A program made the position numbers and the translations under genes. Source: Octopus sinensis (taxonomy: Eukaryota). From it: a stretch of 64,000 bases of DNA. The first letter of the stretch is position 1. Each line of letters opens with the position of its first letter. The notes below the pieces were generated by a model. That model had not been told where the DNA came from and made no database searches. It saw nothing but the letters and a program-made list of their open reading frames with translations. Shown piece after piece: positions 23,000-33,480 of the stretch. The stretch covers positions 75,702,001-75,766,000 of the forward strand of contig NC_043007.1 in NCBI RefSeq assembly GCF_006345805.1, written 5' to 3'.

Positions 23000-23169
23000 C
23001 TTTATAATTAGGGTTCAGCAATGATATGCTTTACCACATACCAAAGTTTAGAAATAGCAGCCAAAAAACCTTAGCTATTTCTTCTACTTTAAAAAGGAAC
23101 TCCCAGAAAAACTATTTATAAACTTTGGTATGTGGTAAAGCATATCTTTGCTGAACCCTAATTATAAAG
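23000..23169. mobile_element. 170-bp hairpin MITE with TA flanks (Tc1/mariner-type) in intron 4
   Basis: ~58-bp arms CTTTATAATTAGGGTTCAGCAA(T/A)GATATGCTTTACCACATACCAAAGTTTA with about one mismatch in the first 50 bp; TA on both sides. Confidence 0.88.
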
Positions 23170-23692
23170 TATTACTTAAGTTTACCGTGAAAGTTTTTCA
23201 TGCCGAATTCTACTTGGTGAAGTTATTGATTACTTCTTAATTAATTAATTTTACCCTTTGTTGGATAAGAACAGCAATGCAAAAAATGGAGGTCAAATGG
23301 TAAGCCTGCATGATGTCCAACATCATGTTCTCCATCTTCATGTATTTTTTCCTTTCACCATAATCCTACTATCTCCTGATATGTAACCTTGAGCACTACC
23401 TTTACAGCTTATTTCTCTAGCATATCATATACTCCCCATTTCCCATCTAGTTTTGGATTTTTTATTTTCCCTTTTCACCTATCTCTTTATGGTTCTGAAA
23501 ACAGAATTAAACCCGAATCTTGTATCCTACAGAGTTGGATGTCACACATGGAATCTCAACATCATGTAACCTGTTCTATGGCAGGGACATAGATCAGAAG
23601 TCACAAAATATTTCCAAATCTAGGATGTAAATGGAATGAACTTTGCCTCTTATTACACAATTATATTTATCAAATGAGTAAACTATAGTTAC

Positions 23693-23814
23693 CTTTGCTT
23701 GTGAGCAGCAGCAGCAAATGGATGAAGAGACAATAGCCAAAACAAATTCCGCAAACATAGCAAAGGATCCAACACAAAATAAAGGATAATAACTTTTATA
23801 ACGAGAAACATTGC
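23693..23814 (-). pseudogene. Tetraspan gene copy 1, exon 4 (TM4) with 1-nt deletion causing a frameshift
   Basis: TTTTACAG acceptor and AAG|GTAACT donor; 122 nt versus 123 nt in copy 2. FAEFVLAIVSSSICCCCSQAK is out of frame relative to exon 3. Confidence 0.78.
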
Positions 23815-25122
23815 CTGTAAAACAAAAAATTTTAATGAGAAAAAGTGAAAGAAATATGTGATAATCTTACAGTACAGGGTTATCTTTTCAGATTTTTCAA
23901 GCAATGACTTTGCATTTTTGATAATCTTTATTGGTATTAAAAGTTATAAATGCAGTCACTTAATCTTTTACAAGTTTCAGTCACTGGTCTGCAGCCATGT
24001 CCAGAATAATCCCACAACACCACCATCAACTGTTGCACATTGCTGTCTACTGCTCATAGGACCAGCTATCTAGTTTCCAAAGCATATAAGGGACTGAGAT
24101 CAAAACATTTCCCCTGAATGGGATGCGATTTCATCACAGGAGGAACATAAAATGAAGTGTTTTGCTCAAAACACAATGTGCTACCTGATTCAAGAATTGA
24201 GGGCACAATCACTAGGTCAACTAACTTTATATTAAATAGAGTTGATTTTTAAAAAGATTCTTTTACTAGTTTCAGTCAATGGCCTGCAGCCATGCTCAAC
24301 TCATTTTAAAGTTTAGAGCCATAATCTAAAGATCTTCCTAATCACTGTTTGGTCCACTAGTGCAAATCAGTCACTGATGTTGACTGTTTTTTTAGTTAAC
24401 TAAAAGAAACAGGTTTTGAATCTGCCCAGGGTTATCTCTCTCTGGTATTTTCCATTGAGGAAGGCTAAAGAGCCAGAAATGTGTGTCTGGGAATCTGATA
24501 CGGAGAAGCACTGGGCAGATATGGTGCTTTCACACCTCTTGGAGAGAATTCTTTTCTCCAGGGTAACTACAATGAATTTGCCGTTAGAAGTCATATATCA
24601 CAAACATATTTTAACAAACCTAAAGTTCACACACACACACATATGATAGACTTCTTTAAGTTTCCATCAATAAAATCCACTCACAAGCCTGCAGTCAGCC
24701 CGAGGCTATAGAAGAATACACTTGCCCAACATGCAATGCAGTGGTTGAGAAGGAAACTTCTTAACACACAGCCATGCCATTATTTGGCTCTTTTTACAGT
24801 TTATTTATCTGAAAGAATATTAAAAGGTTTGTTTTCTTTTCTATAAAGTCTGTTACAAGATATTTTCCTAATATAGCTGAAAAAGGCTCCATAGTTACAA
24901 AGCTTAAAATGTTTTGATAAAAGGTATGATAGTGAAATAACATTAGAAAACCTGTTCATCCAAAAACCAAGAACAATAATTAAGTTACAATGTCTTTTAT
25001 TCTAGACAGCTAAGAAGTATAATTGCTTTTGTTCTGATTTTTCCCCATCATATAAAGTACCTTACTTCATTAGGCATCAGTAATCTCTGCACAAAAAACA
25101 AACGCACATATAATATACTTAC

Positions 25123-25212
25123 AATCCAAGTTGCATGGCCAGAAAGGGCACTCATTCCAACAATTGAAAAGATAGATGCTGACAAAATGGCAAGGACCAT
25201 GTAGGTAATTTT
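25123..25212 (-). CDS. Tetraspan gene copy 1, coding exon 3 (TM3)
   Basis: (T)n CAG acceptor, ATT|GTAAGT donor; 90 nt; KITYMVLAILSASIFSIVGMSALSGHATWI. Confidence 0.88.
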
Positions 25213-25739
25213 CTGAAAAAAAAAAAAAAATTTTAAAGCATTTTATTTAGGTTTTACAGTTATGTATGTGTGGTGGTATATAGACACATACATACACACA
25301 TGGGGGTAAGGATATGTGCATGTGTGAGTTTGAGTCAAAAAGAGAAAAACAGATCTGTTTAGCACTAGAGATGCAGATTTATTCATTGATAAATAGACCG
25401 ATTATAAAAATAAAAGTTATTTATAATACCAATCCATGACTGATCCTTTTTTTTAACTGAGCCCCAGGACGTAACTAAATACAGGAAGGTAGCACATAGT
25501 CACTCTAATGGATTCTATCAAATTATTATCTTTTCTGAGTATATTAAAGAAATACTGTTTATCATAGAAGGAATGGTGTTAGGCAAATGACATTTTTCTT
25601 TTAGGTTCATATCTCAGGAAATCTATTATCTTTTGTCAGAGAGAGAGGAGAATCTAATATTTTATGTGATCTGTGGCAGAAAGTCACAAATGATACCATT
25701 CTTTGCTAACTTTGTCTTTCACTCCTCAGAGATCATAAG

Positions 25740-26650
25740 TACGAGGGGTATCAAAAGGTTCCTTGGCTAGTTATGTTTAATAAAAAATATCTTATTTACT
25801 CTCTTTTACTTGTTTCAGTCATTTGGCTGTGGCCATGCTGGAGCACCGCCTTTAGTTGAGCAAATTGACCCCAGGACTTATTTTTTGTAAGCCTAGTACT
25901 TATTCTATTGGTGTCTTTTGCCGAACAGCTAAGTTACGGGGATGTGAACACACCAGCATTGGTTGTCAAGTGATGTTGAGGGGACAAACACAAGCATACA
26001 CACACCAACACTTACATATATATATATATGCATATATACGACGGGCCTCCTTCAGCTTCTGTCTATCAAATCCACTCACAAGGCCTTGGTCGGCCTGAGG
26101 CTATAGTAGAAGACACTTGCCCAAGGTGCCATGCAGTGGGACTGAGCCTGGAACCATGTGGTTCGTAAGCAAGCTACTTACCACTCAGCCACTCATACAT
26201 TTTAACATCATCTCTTTTGAAATAGCCACCTTGTACAGCAATATACTGGTCCCAGCATTTCTGCCACTTTTGGGAATCTGACCTGGAAGTCATTTTTTGT
26301 GTGTGGGTTGAGGCCCTTCTGTGATCTGCACTGGATCTCGACAATGGTGTTAAAACAGCAACCTTTGAGCAGCGTTTTCATCTTGGGGGAAGAGATGGAA
26401 GTTTGCAGGTGCTAAATCTGGTGAAAAGAGCGTGTGGAAGCAATACCATGTTTTTGGCAATAAACTCAAAAGTGAGAAGAGTTTGATGACAGGGCACATT
26501 GTTGTCATGAAGAATCCAATTCTTTGCGCTCCACAGGTCTGGTTGCTTTTGTCAAATGTCCTCCCTCAAACGCTTAAAAATATCACAGTAGAACTCTCAA
26601 TTGACAGTCTGGCCCTGGAGGACAAATTCTTGATGCACATTACCATATTT
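25740..26650 (-). mobile_element. Mariner transposase 3' remnant with one TIR, interrupted by a SINE
   Basis: TA|CGAGGGGTATCAAAAGGTTCC TIR. Degenerate VHQEFVLQGQTVN, WILHDNN (LHHDNA), FSPDLAPANFHLFP (YSPDLAPxDFxLF). Confidence 0.88.
25795..26193 (-). mobile_element. Near full-length tRNA/CORE-type SINE
   Basis: Reverse complement of 26711..27124 from head to tail. Confidence 0.9.
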
Positions 26651-26710
26651 CCATGGGTGATGCTCATGGCAGGTCTTCCAGGGACACACTTTTACTTTTG
26701 AAGCACCTGT

Positions 26711-27124
26711 GGCGCAGGAGTGGCTGTGTGGTAAGTAGCTTGTTTACCAACCACATGGTTCTGGGTTCAGTCCCACTGCATGGCACCTTGGGCAAGTGTC
26801 TTCTACTATAGCCTTGGGCCAACCAAAGCCTTGTGAGTGAATTTGGTAGATGGAAACTGAAAGAAGCCCGTCGTATATATGTATATATATATGTGCTTGT
26901 GTGTGTTTGTGTCTGTGTTTGTCCCCCTAGCATTGCTTGACAACCGATGCTGGTGTGTTTATGTCCCCGTAACTTAGCGGTTCGGCAAAAGAGACCGATA
27001 GAATAAGTACTGGGCTTACAAAAGAATAAGTCCCGGGGTCGAGTTGCTCGATTAAAGGCGGTGCTCCAGCATGGCCGCAGTCAAATGACTGAAACGAGTA
27101 AAAGAGTAAAGAGTAAAAGAGAGT
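26711..27124 (+). mobile_element. Full-length tRNA/CORE-type SINE
   Basis: GGCGCAGGAGTGGCTGTGTGGTAAG (A box), GGGTTCAGTCCC (B box), ACCTTGGGCAAGT (MIR CORE-like), TA/TG linker, (GAGTAAA)n tail. Confidence 0.9.
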
Positions 27125-28073
27125 GCCACACGTAACATTGCGTACAACTACCTCAATAGTGTTTGTAATGAGCACTCAGAGTTTGTTATGACACAGCTCT
27201 GTTATGCTTGGAACGACAATTTAAAAGTGGTATAATGACACAACTATAGCAAAAATATACAGCTTGGTGGTGGTTTGATTAAAACAGGCTGTTTTAATGA
27301 TAATGAGCAGCGGTAGCTGTTGCTTTACATTCACAGCTCAGAAGTGGTTGTAATGACAGCATAATTGTGATGGGTAGCAGCTGATGTGAAGGAGCATGGC
27401 TAAGTGGTTAGCGTACTCAACACATGACTAAGATCATGACTTTGATTCTTGGTAGCACAAAAACATTACCAAGAAGAGCAGCAACATTGTCCTATAATCC
27501 ACACATGCATGCCTGATCTGTGAACTGGTTTGCAAATCTTTTGTAGGACCAAAATATCACATCCAAGCTGAATAAATTGAATGGGATGTTGACACTGAAA
27601 GCTATGGGAGAATATATATGTATATATACTCACACATGTGCATGTGTTTCTGTGAATTCGTATTTCCCTCACATTAGTAAACAATAACATCCTGATGGTG
27701 CTGTTTGCTTGCAGACCACCAGGAGAACATATTGGGGTTTTTGACATGTCTTGATATATTGAGCAAGCTGTGCTGTTTATTACTTGACAGACTGAAAAAT
27801 AATTCCTTTGCTCGGAAGCAAGTGGAGTTGGTGACAGGAAGGGCATCCAGCTGTAAAATACTCTAGCCAAATGCACTCCAACATTTGTAAGTAATACACT
27901 AGTATTTGTTAATTCTGCCAAGAGCATGGTCTACCACTGGAAAACTGGATAAATATAGCATTTTCTATAGTGTTACTATTTCTGATAAGTAATAACTAGA
28001 TGCTTTTTAATTGTAAACATTAAACAGACTGAAAATTTGAACAGAAAAGATTAATAGTCAGAGAAATTTTTAC

Positions 28074-28145
28074 CATTCTCCTGGTTTGTAATTCTGTATT
28101 TGACTTGTGACCAGCAAGAATTCCAAAGATGCCAACTGCGATAAC
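28074..28145 (-). CDS. Tetraspan gene copy 1, coding exon 2 (end of TM2 and loop)
   Basis: TTTTGTTTTGTTTAG acceptor, ATG|GTAAAA donor; 72 nt; VIAVGIFGILAGHKSNTELQTRRM. Confidence 0.87.
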
Positions 28146-28235
28146 CTAAACAAAACAAAAAATGTACAATTAAATGTAAAATTTTAAGATAAGATAGTCA
28201 GATAATTAATTAATTAATTAATGTATGTATGTATA

Positions 28236-28284
<49 letters not shown>

Positions 28285-28289
28285 TAGTG

Positions 28290-28730
28290 AGTTAGCTGAG
28301 TGAGAAGTGCAGCTGGTGCTTTCTTCCTAGTAAGGCAACTGCAGAAGTATTTAGCCAAAAGTAATCTGCTGCACTTGGCATTTATTGACATAGAGAAAGC
28401 AAATAAGTCTCTTGCTTTCTGATGTGATGGTTGCTGAAGAAGCGAGGGTGTTGTCCACACAGTGAAAGCTAATAAGTACAGCAACAAATTTAGTGTGCAG
28501 CTAGGAGCTCACCAGGGTTTGATTCTCAGTCTCCTCCTATTTATCTTTTAGGCTATAACAGAGGAGTTTAAGGCTGGTTGTCCACGGAACTCCTCTCTGC
28601 TGCTAATCTTGTTATTTAAACTGAATCTGTAGTAGAATTAGAAAAGAAATTCCAGGTGTAGAAGCAAAACCTGGATTTAAAGGGCTTCAACATCAATTTA
28701 GCAGAAACCAAAATTCTAGTTAGCAGACAG
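28290..28730 (+). mobile_element. Degenerate RTE-clade RT fragment
   Basis: LHLAFIDIEKA, LGAHQGLILSLLLFI (GVHQGSVLSPLLF), ELL...L remnants. Confidence 0.7.
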
Positions 28731-29149
28731 ACAGGATGCTAATTCCTCCAGTAAAATGGTCATTTAATTGTGTACATATCATAAACTATGCACACATAAT
28801 AGTAGACTTTGTGTCAGTTGCACAGAAACAATAAACACTATTGCCGATAAAATTTGTAAAAAAATCCTTTAAATCAAGCAGTGAACAAACACGTTATCCT
28901 CCTATAACTGACTTGATTCTTTTTCTAAACCCACATAACTTAATTACTGAGAAATTGGAAGTGTGTTTCAATCATTGTTAGGGTGTATAAATCTGTCCCT
29001 GAGAGGGATGATGTAGTAATTAGGATGTTCACAAGCAAACATTCAAGCAGATATTACACAAGGAAATAAGCAAACAAAGCCAGTTTAAAGAGGAAAAAAT
29101 CAAAGATCTGGGAAAGAAGCTGATGAAGAAGGGAATTATCGCAGAGCCA

Positions 29150-29650
29150 AGGGTGCAACCAGCCCACCTATGCGTACCTTCCCTTCATTGGACAGACACT
29201 GCTTGCGAAGACCTGTTGAGGCAAGTGAAATCGGAATCGAAATCAAATTCGCTGACTAGCATCTGTGCTAATGGAGCTCTAAAAGCACCATCTGAGCATG
29301 ATTGTTGCCAGAGGGGCTAACTGGCGTTCGTGCCGGTGGCACATAAAAATCCCCATTTGAGCGTGATCGTTACCAGCGTTGCCTTAGCGGCACTTGTGCA
29401 GGTGACATGTAAAAAAAAAACACAATTTCCCGTGACCGTTGCCCTACCGCCTGACTGGCCCTCATGCTAGTGGCACGTATAAGCACCCACTACACTCTAA
29501 AAGTGGTTGGCATTAGGAAGGGCATCCAACTGTAGACACTCTGCCAAATCAAGATTGGAGACTGGTGCAGCCATCTGGTTCGCTAGTCCTCAGTCAAATC
29601 GTCCAACCCATGCTAGCATGGAAAGTGGACGTTAAACGACGATGATGATG
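29150..29650 (+). mobile_element. RTE-type LINE 3' UTR with (GAT)n tail
   Basis: Homologous to 31590..32145: GAAGACCTGTTGAG, GGTGGCACRTAAAA repeats, AGGAAGGGCATCCA, AACCCATGCTAGCATGGAAA..GTTAAACGATGATGAT. Confidence 0.8.
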
Positions 29651-30349
29651 AATTTTATATTCCTCAGTACTCTACTCCACTCAGTTAAGGGAGCCTTGCT
29701 TTGGGGGTACTTGATGCCATGAAAAAAGCACCCTGTACACTCTGTGAAGTAGTTGACATTAGGAAGAGCATCCAACCATAGAAATCATGCCAAAGAAGAC
29801 ATTGGGGCTCAACAAAGTCCCCTCATTCACCAGTTTATGTTGAACCATCAAACCCTAAAAAGGGATGTTAAAATGACAATGATGATTATAATTGTGTATA
29901 ATGATAGAATATGAGATACTGAGAAAAAATATTAAATAAAACATACACAGTTGAGAACATTATCATCTATGGGCATTTATTTACTCTTTGTTGTAGTAAA
30001 GCAATACATTTTAAAGTGCTTCATATCTGCTATAAAATACCTTATTTGCAGTTTAAGGTTGAGAGAATTTCCAAACACTATTCTATGCAAAGTTCCAATA
30101 TTCATTGCTATAAGCAAACATTTCACAAAACAATAGTTAAGCATGAGATAACAAAAACAGAAGCATCATTTTCTATGTTGGCAGGAGTTGGACGATTTGA
30201 TAAGAGCTGCCCCAGGTTCTATTGTCTATTTTGGCATGGTGTCTATAGTTGGATGCCTTTCCCAGTGCCAATCACTTTGCAAAGTGTACTGGGGTGCTTT
30301 TTATGTGGCCCTGTCACTAGTGCTGTTTATGAGTATTAACTGAAAAATT

Positions 30350-30769
30350 GGATCTTTTCGGTTTGAACGGCAGTTTTTAACATAATTTCTAGGTAACTAA
30401 AAAATTTTAAACTTTGTATACTGGTAGAATGTGTTTATAAAACATATTTTTCTCTTGGCTTTATTGAGAAAATTCTATAGTTTGTAAGATATTTGTTGTT
30501 TTTTTTCTCTTCAATTTCTGCAATTTCAACCAATCACTGACGTCCATTGAGGTAAAAAACATTCTGTGCCGTATGAATATGTCCCTCGTTTAAGAAACAG
30601 ATTGGGTTTATTTACATTTGTGAAGAAAAAAAAGATACCCTTCCACCCCACCCCACCCCTAACCCTAAAACAGATTGAAATGCAATAGATCGATACTAGG
30701 GTCATAATTATGGGTGACAATTTCATATGACACTGCTAGAAAAAACTGCCGTTCAAACCGAAAAGATTT
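30350..30769. mobile_element. 420-bp MITE, GG terminus, 8-bp TSD (Merlin-like by inference) in intron 1
   Basis: TSD GAAAAATT at 30342..30349 and 30770..30777; ~27-bp TIR ATCTTTTCGGTTTGAACGGCAGTTTTT. Confidence 0.88.
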
Positions 30770-30877
30770 GAAAAATTTAGGTGTATTTCCATATATTTTT
30801 GATAGTTGTCATAAAAACCGATATTAGTTATGTAACCATCCTTATTAGGATAGAGAAATGTAAAAATCAGTACTTAC

Positions 30878-31054
30878 CCATAGACTTACAATACATGCTG
30901 CAGCAGAGGTAACATTAGACAAATGTCCAGTGGGTTGGTACTGTAATATTTTTGTTGAAAATCCCACCATTGAAATAATGAAACACAAAATTCCAATACC
31001 CAAATGAAACGCTCCCGTTATGGTCATAGCCATGTACTGGAAACCAGCAATCAT
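30878..31054 (-). CDS. Tetraspan gene copy 1, coding exon 1 (TM1, loop, start of TM2); exon begins at 31078 with 24 nt of 5' UTR
   Basis: TTTTTTTTCCTTTTATTTTTAG acceptor, in-frame TAA before the ATG, TGG|GTAAGT donor. MIAGFQYMAMTITGAFHLGIGILCFIISMVG...AAACIVSLW resembles the MS4A TM1 motif LGxxQIxxG. Confidence 0.85.
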
Positions 31055-31129
31055 TTTTGATGGTTATGTGAAGCTTATCTAAAAATAAAAGGAAAAAAAA
31101 ATTTCAAATTAGTTAGTAAAAGAAAACTA

Positions 31130-32145
31130 GCAAGCTCACATGCTATGCTGTGTTGGGTGCTGGACATGCGTAGGCTTGAAAAAAATGAAGCTAGTATGAT
31201 CCACTGGATGTGTAATGTCAGTGTGCATGCACAACAAAGCGTGAGCACCCTGAGAGAAAAGTTGGACATAAGAAGCATCAAATGTGGTGTGCATGAGAGA
31301 CGACTGCGCTGGCATGATCATATGTTACGTATGGATGAGGACAACTGTGTGAGGAAGTGCCACACCCTAACTGTGGAAGAGGTAGACCCAAGGAGACATG
31401 GGATGAGGTGGTGAAGCATGACCTTCAAACGTTGGGCCTCACAGAGGCAATGACAGGAGACCAAGACCTTTGGAGATATGCTGTGATTGAGAAGACCTGG
31501 CAACTAAAGTGAGATTTCAGTCATGGCCGATGCCAGTGTTACATGTCTGGCCCATTTAAGAGTACCCTTAATGTATCAGGCAATATGATATGCTTGAGAA
31601 GACCTGTTGAGTCAAGTAAAACCACAATTGTAGCTGTAGCCAGTGCCCCCTGACTGGCTCCCATTCCAGTGGCATGTAAAATGCACCATCTGAATGTGGT
31701 CGTTGCCAGTGCCCTCTGAGTGGCTCCTGTGCCGGTGGCATGTAAAAGGCACCATCTGAATGTGGTTGATGCCAGGTCCACTGGCACACCACCTGAATGT
31801 GGCTGATGCCAGTGGCCCCTGACTGGCTCTTGTGCTAGCAGCACATAAAAAGCAATATCAGAACATGATTGATGCCAAATCTGCCTGACTGACTCCCATA
31901 CCTGTGGCATGTAAAAAGCACTATCTGAACATGATTGATGCCAAGCCCACCTGACTGGTTCCTGTGCCGGTGGCATGTAAAAAGCACCTACTACACTCTC
32001 AAAGTGATTTGTGTTAGGCAGGGCATCCAGCTGTAGAAACATTGCCAGATCAGAGTGGAGCCTGGTGCAGCTGCTGGCTCTCCAGTTCTGTCAACTGGCT
32101 AACCCATGCCAGCATAGAAAACAGGCGTTAAATGATGATGATTAC
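31130..32145 (+). mobile_element. RTE-clade LINE 3' fragment with ~60-bp tandem repeats in its 3' UTR
   Basis: LEKNEASMIHWMCNV, LREKLDI, RRLRWHDHMLRMDED, RGRPKETWDEVVKHDL; (GAT)n tail at ~32133. Confidence 0.9.
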
Positions 32146-32319
32146 ACACACACATTATATATCGTTTTAATGGTAGAACGTGAAGTTGATAAAACTATAA
32201 ATGATAGTATGGGGAATACTGAGATAAGAAACCTTTGGATAGAAAAATATTGAAAACTGCAAATGGGACTCACACTCACGTTTATGAATATAACATTAAT
32301 GGTTTCCAATTTTGGAACA

Positions 32320-33480
32320 AGGCCAGCAATTTCGGTGGTGGGGTTTAAGTTGATTACATTGACTCCAGTGTTCAACTGGTACTTATCTTATTGTGACTTA
32401 CAGGATGAAAGGCAAAGTTGACCTTGACAGAAGTTGACCTCAGAACATAAAAATGGACAAAATGCTGCTATGCATTTTGCCCAGCGTGCTTATGATTCTG
32501 CCAGCTGGCCACTTTCAAATAATAATGATTTAAAATTTTGGCACAGGACCAGGAGTTGAGTAGGTTGACTCCAGTGCTTGACCGGTACTTATTTTATTGA
32601 CCCTGAAAGGATGAAAGACGAAGTTGACCAGGTGGAATTTAGACTTAGAACATAAAGACAGATGACATGCCACTAAGCGTCTGGTGTGCTAGCAATTCTG
32701 TCAGCTTAGCGCTGTAAAAAATTTAACACATCAAATAATAATAATAATTTGCCTGTCAGTTGTTTGACCTTAATCAGTTGAGCATGTCCCATAGTGGCTG
32801 ATGATACATGCAGTTCTGATCACGAGTAGAAGTAGTGGGGGAGCATCATAGCATGTATTGAGAGGAATTCTTTGGGGCTTGAATAATTCTCCTCTGGAAA
32901 CATGGGTGTTTTTCAACATCTTTAAACAACCCTTATCCAAAGACCTTTTGAGTGGGATGGGCTCCACCTGCAAGGTCATGTGCTGGTTATCTTGATATGA
33001 GATCGCTATGACGCACTTATGGTTGTGAAGCATGTGTCTGGTGTAGCCTTAGGAGATGGGTAGTCATGATGGGTATATTGGGTTTCATATATTTGTACCC
33101 CAGTGTCACTTTGATGGCATGTGCAGCTCTCTCAATAATAATAATAATCCTTTCTCATAGGGACAAGGCCCGAAAATTGCAGGAAGTGCTAAGTCGATGA
33201 CATCAACCCCAGTACTCAATAGGTATTTATTTTACTGACCCCGAAAGGATGAAAGATAAAGTTGACTTTGGCGGTGGAATTTAGGAAAGACTTAATACTC
33301 ATGAAAATGTATGTATGCAGTCTTGGTTGTGGTCCAAGGACTATAACTCTTACATTCTAAGTTCAAATTCTACCGAGGTTGACTTAGTTTTTCCTTTTTT
33401 CCTGGTCGATAAACTGAATACCAGTTGAACACTAAGGTTGATGTAGTCGATACTCCTCCTGGCCTTATGCCAAAATTTGA
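32320..33480 (-). mobile_element. Cluster of about four eroded SINE bodies
   Basis: Repeated GGATGAAAGGCAAAGTTGACC / ACCCCGAAAGGATGAAAG remnants at ~32400, 32600, 33240 and an inverted one at ~33360. Confidence 0.7.
32752..33145 (+). mobile_element. Truncated diverged copy of the (ATT)n-associated repeat at 9827..10450
   Basis: Reverse complement of ~9830..10250; (AAT)n on both sides. Confidence 0.75.

Larger units (their letters stand above)
1..30893. repeat. Tandem segmental duplication, left copy (copy 1); true left boundary probably outside the window
   Basis: Colinear near-identity with 34852..64000 along the whole length. Position 1 AAGTCCTGGAGTTG equals 34852, 30841..30893 equals the last ~53 nt of the window, and dozens of track ORFs recur (92/34943, 17207/50212, 22570/55468). 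Confidence 0.97.

Noticed and set aside
24375-24594. Candidate phase-changing exons between exons 3 and 4 that would rescue copy 1 (LTKKTVNI or LPWRKEFSPR)
   Set aside because: Weak donors (GTGACT, GTGTGA); the direct phase-0 join in copy 2 gives a sensible protein without them.
25066-25086. Possible 21-nt micro-exon (RLLMPNE) with TGCAG acceptor and GTAAGG donor just after exon 3
   Set aside because: It would need a 35-36-nt intron, too short for typical metazoan splicing, and it is not needed for frame; RNA-seq could overturn this.
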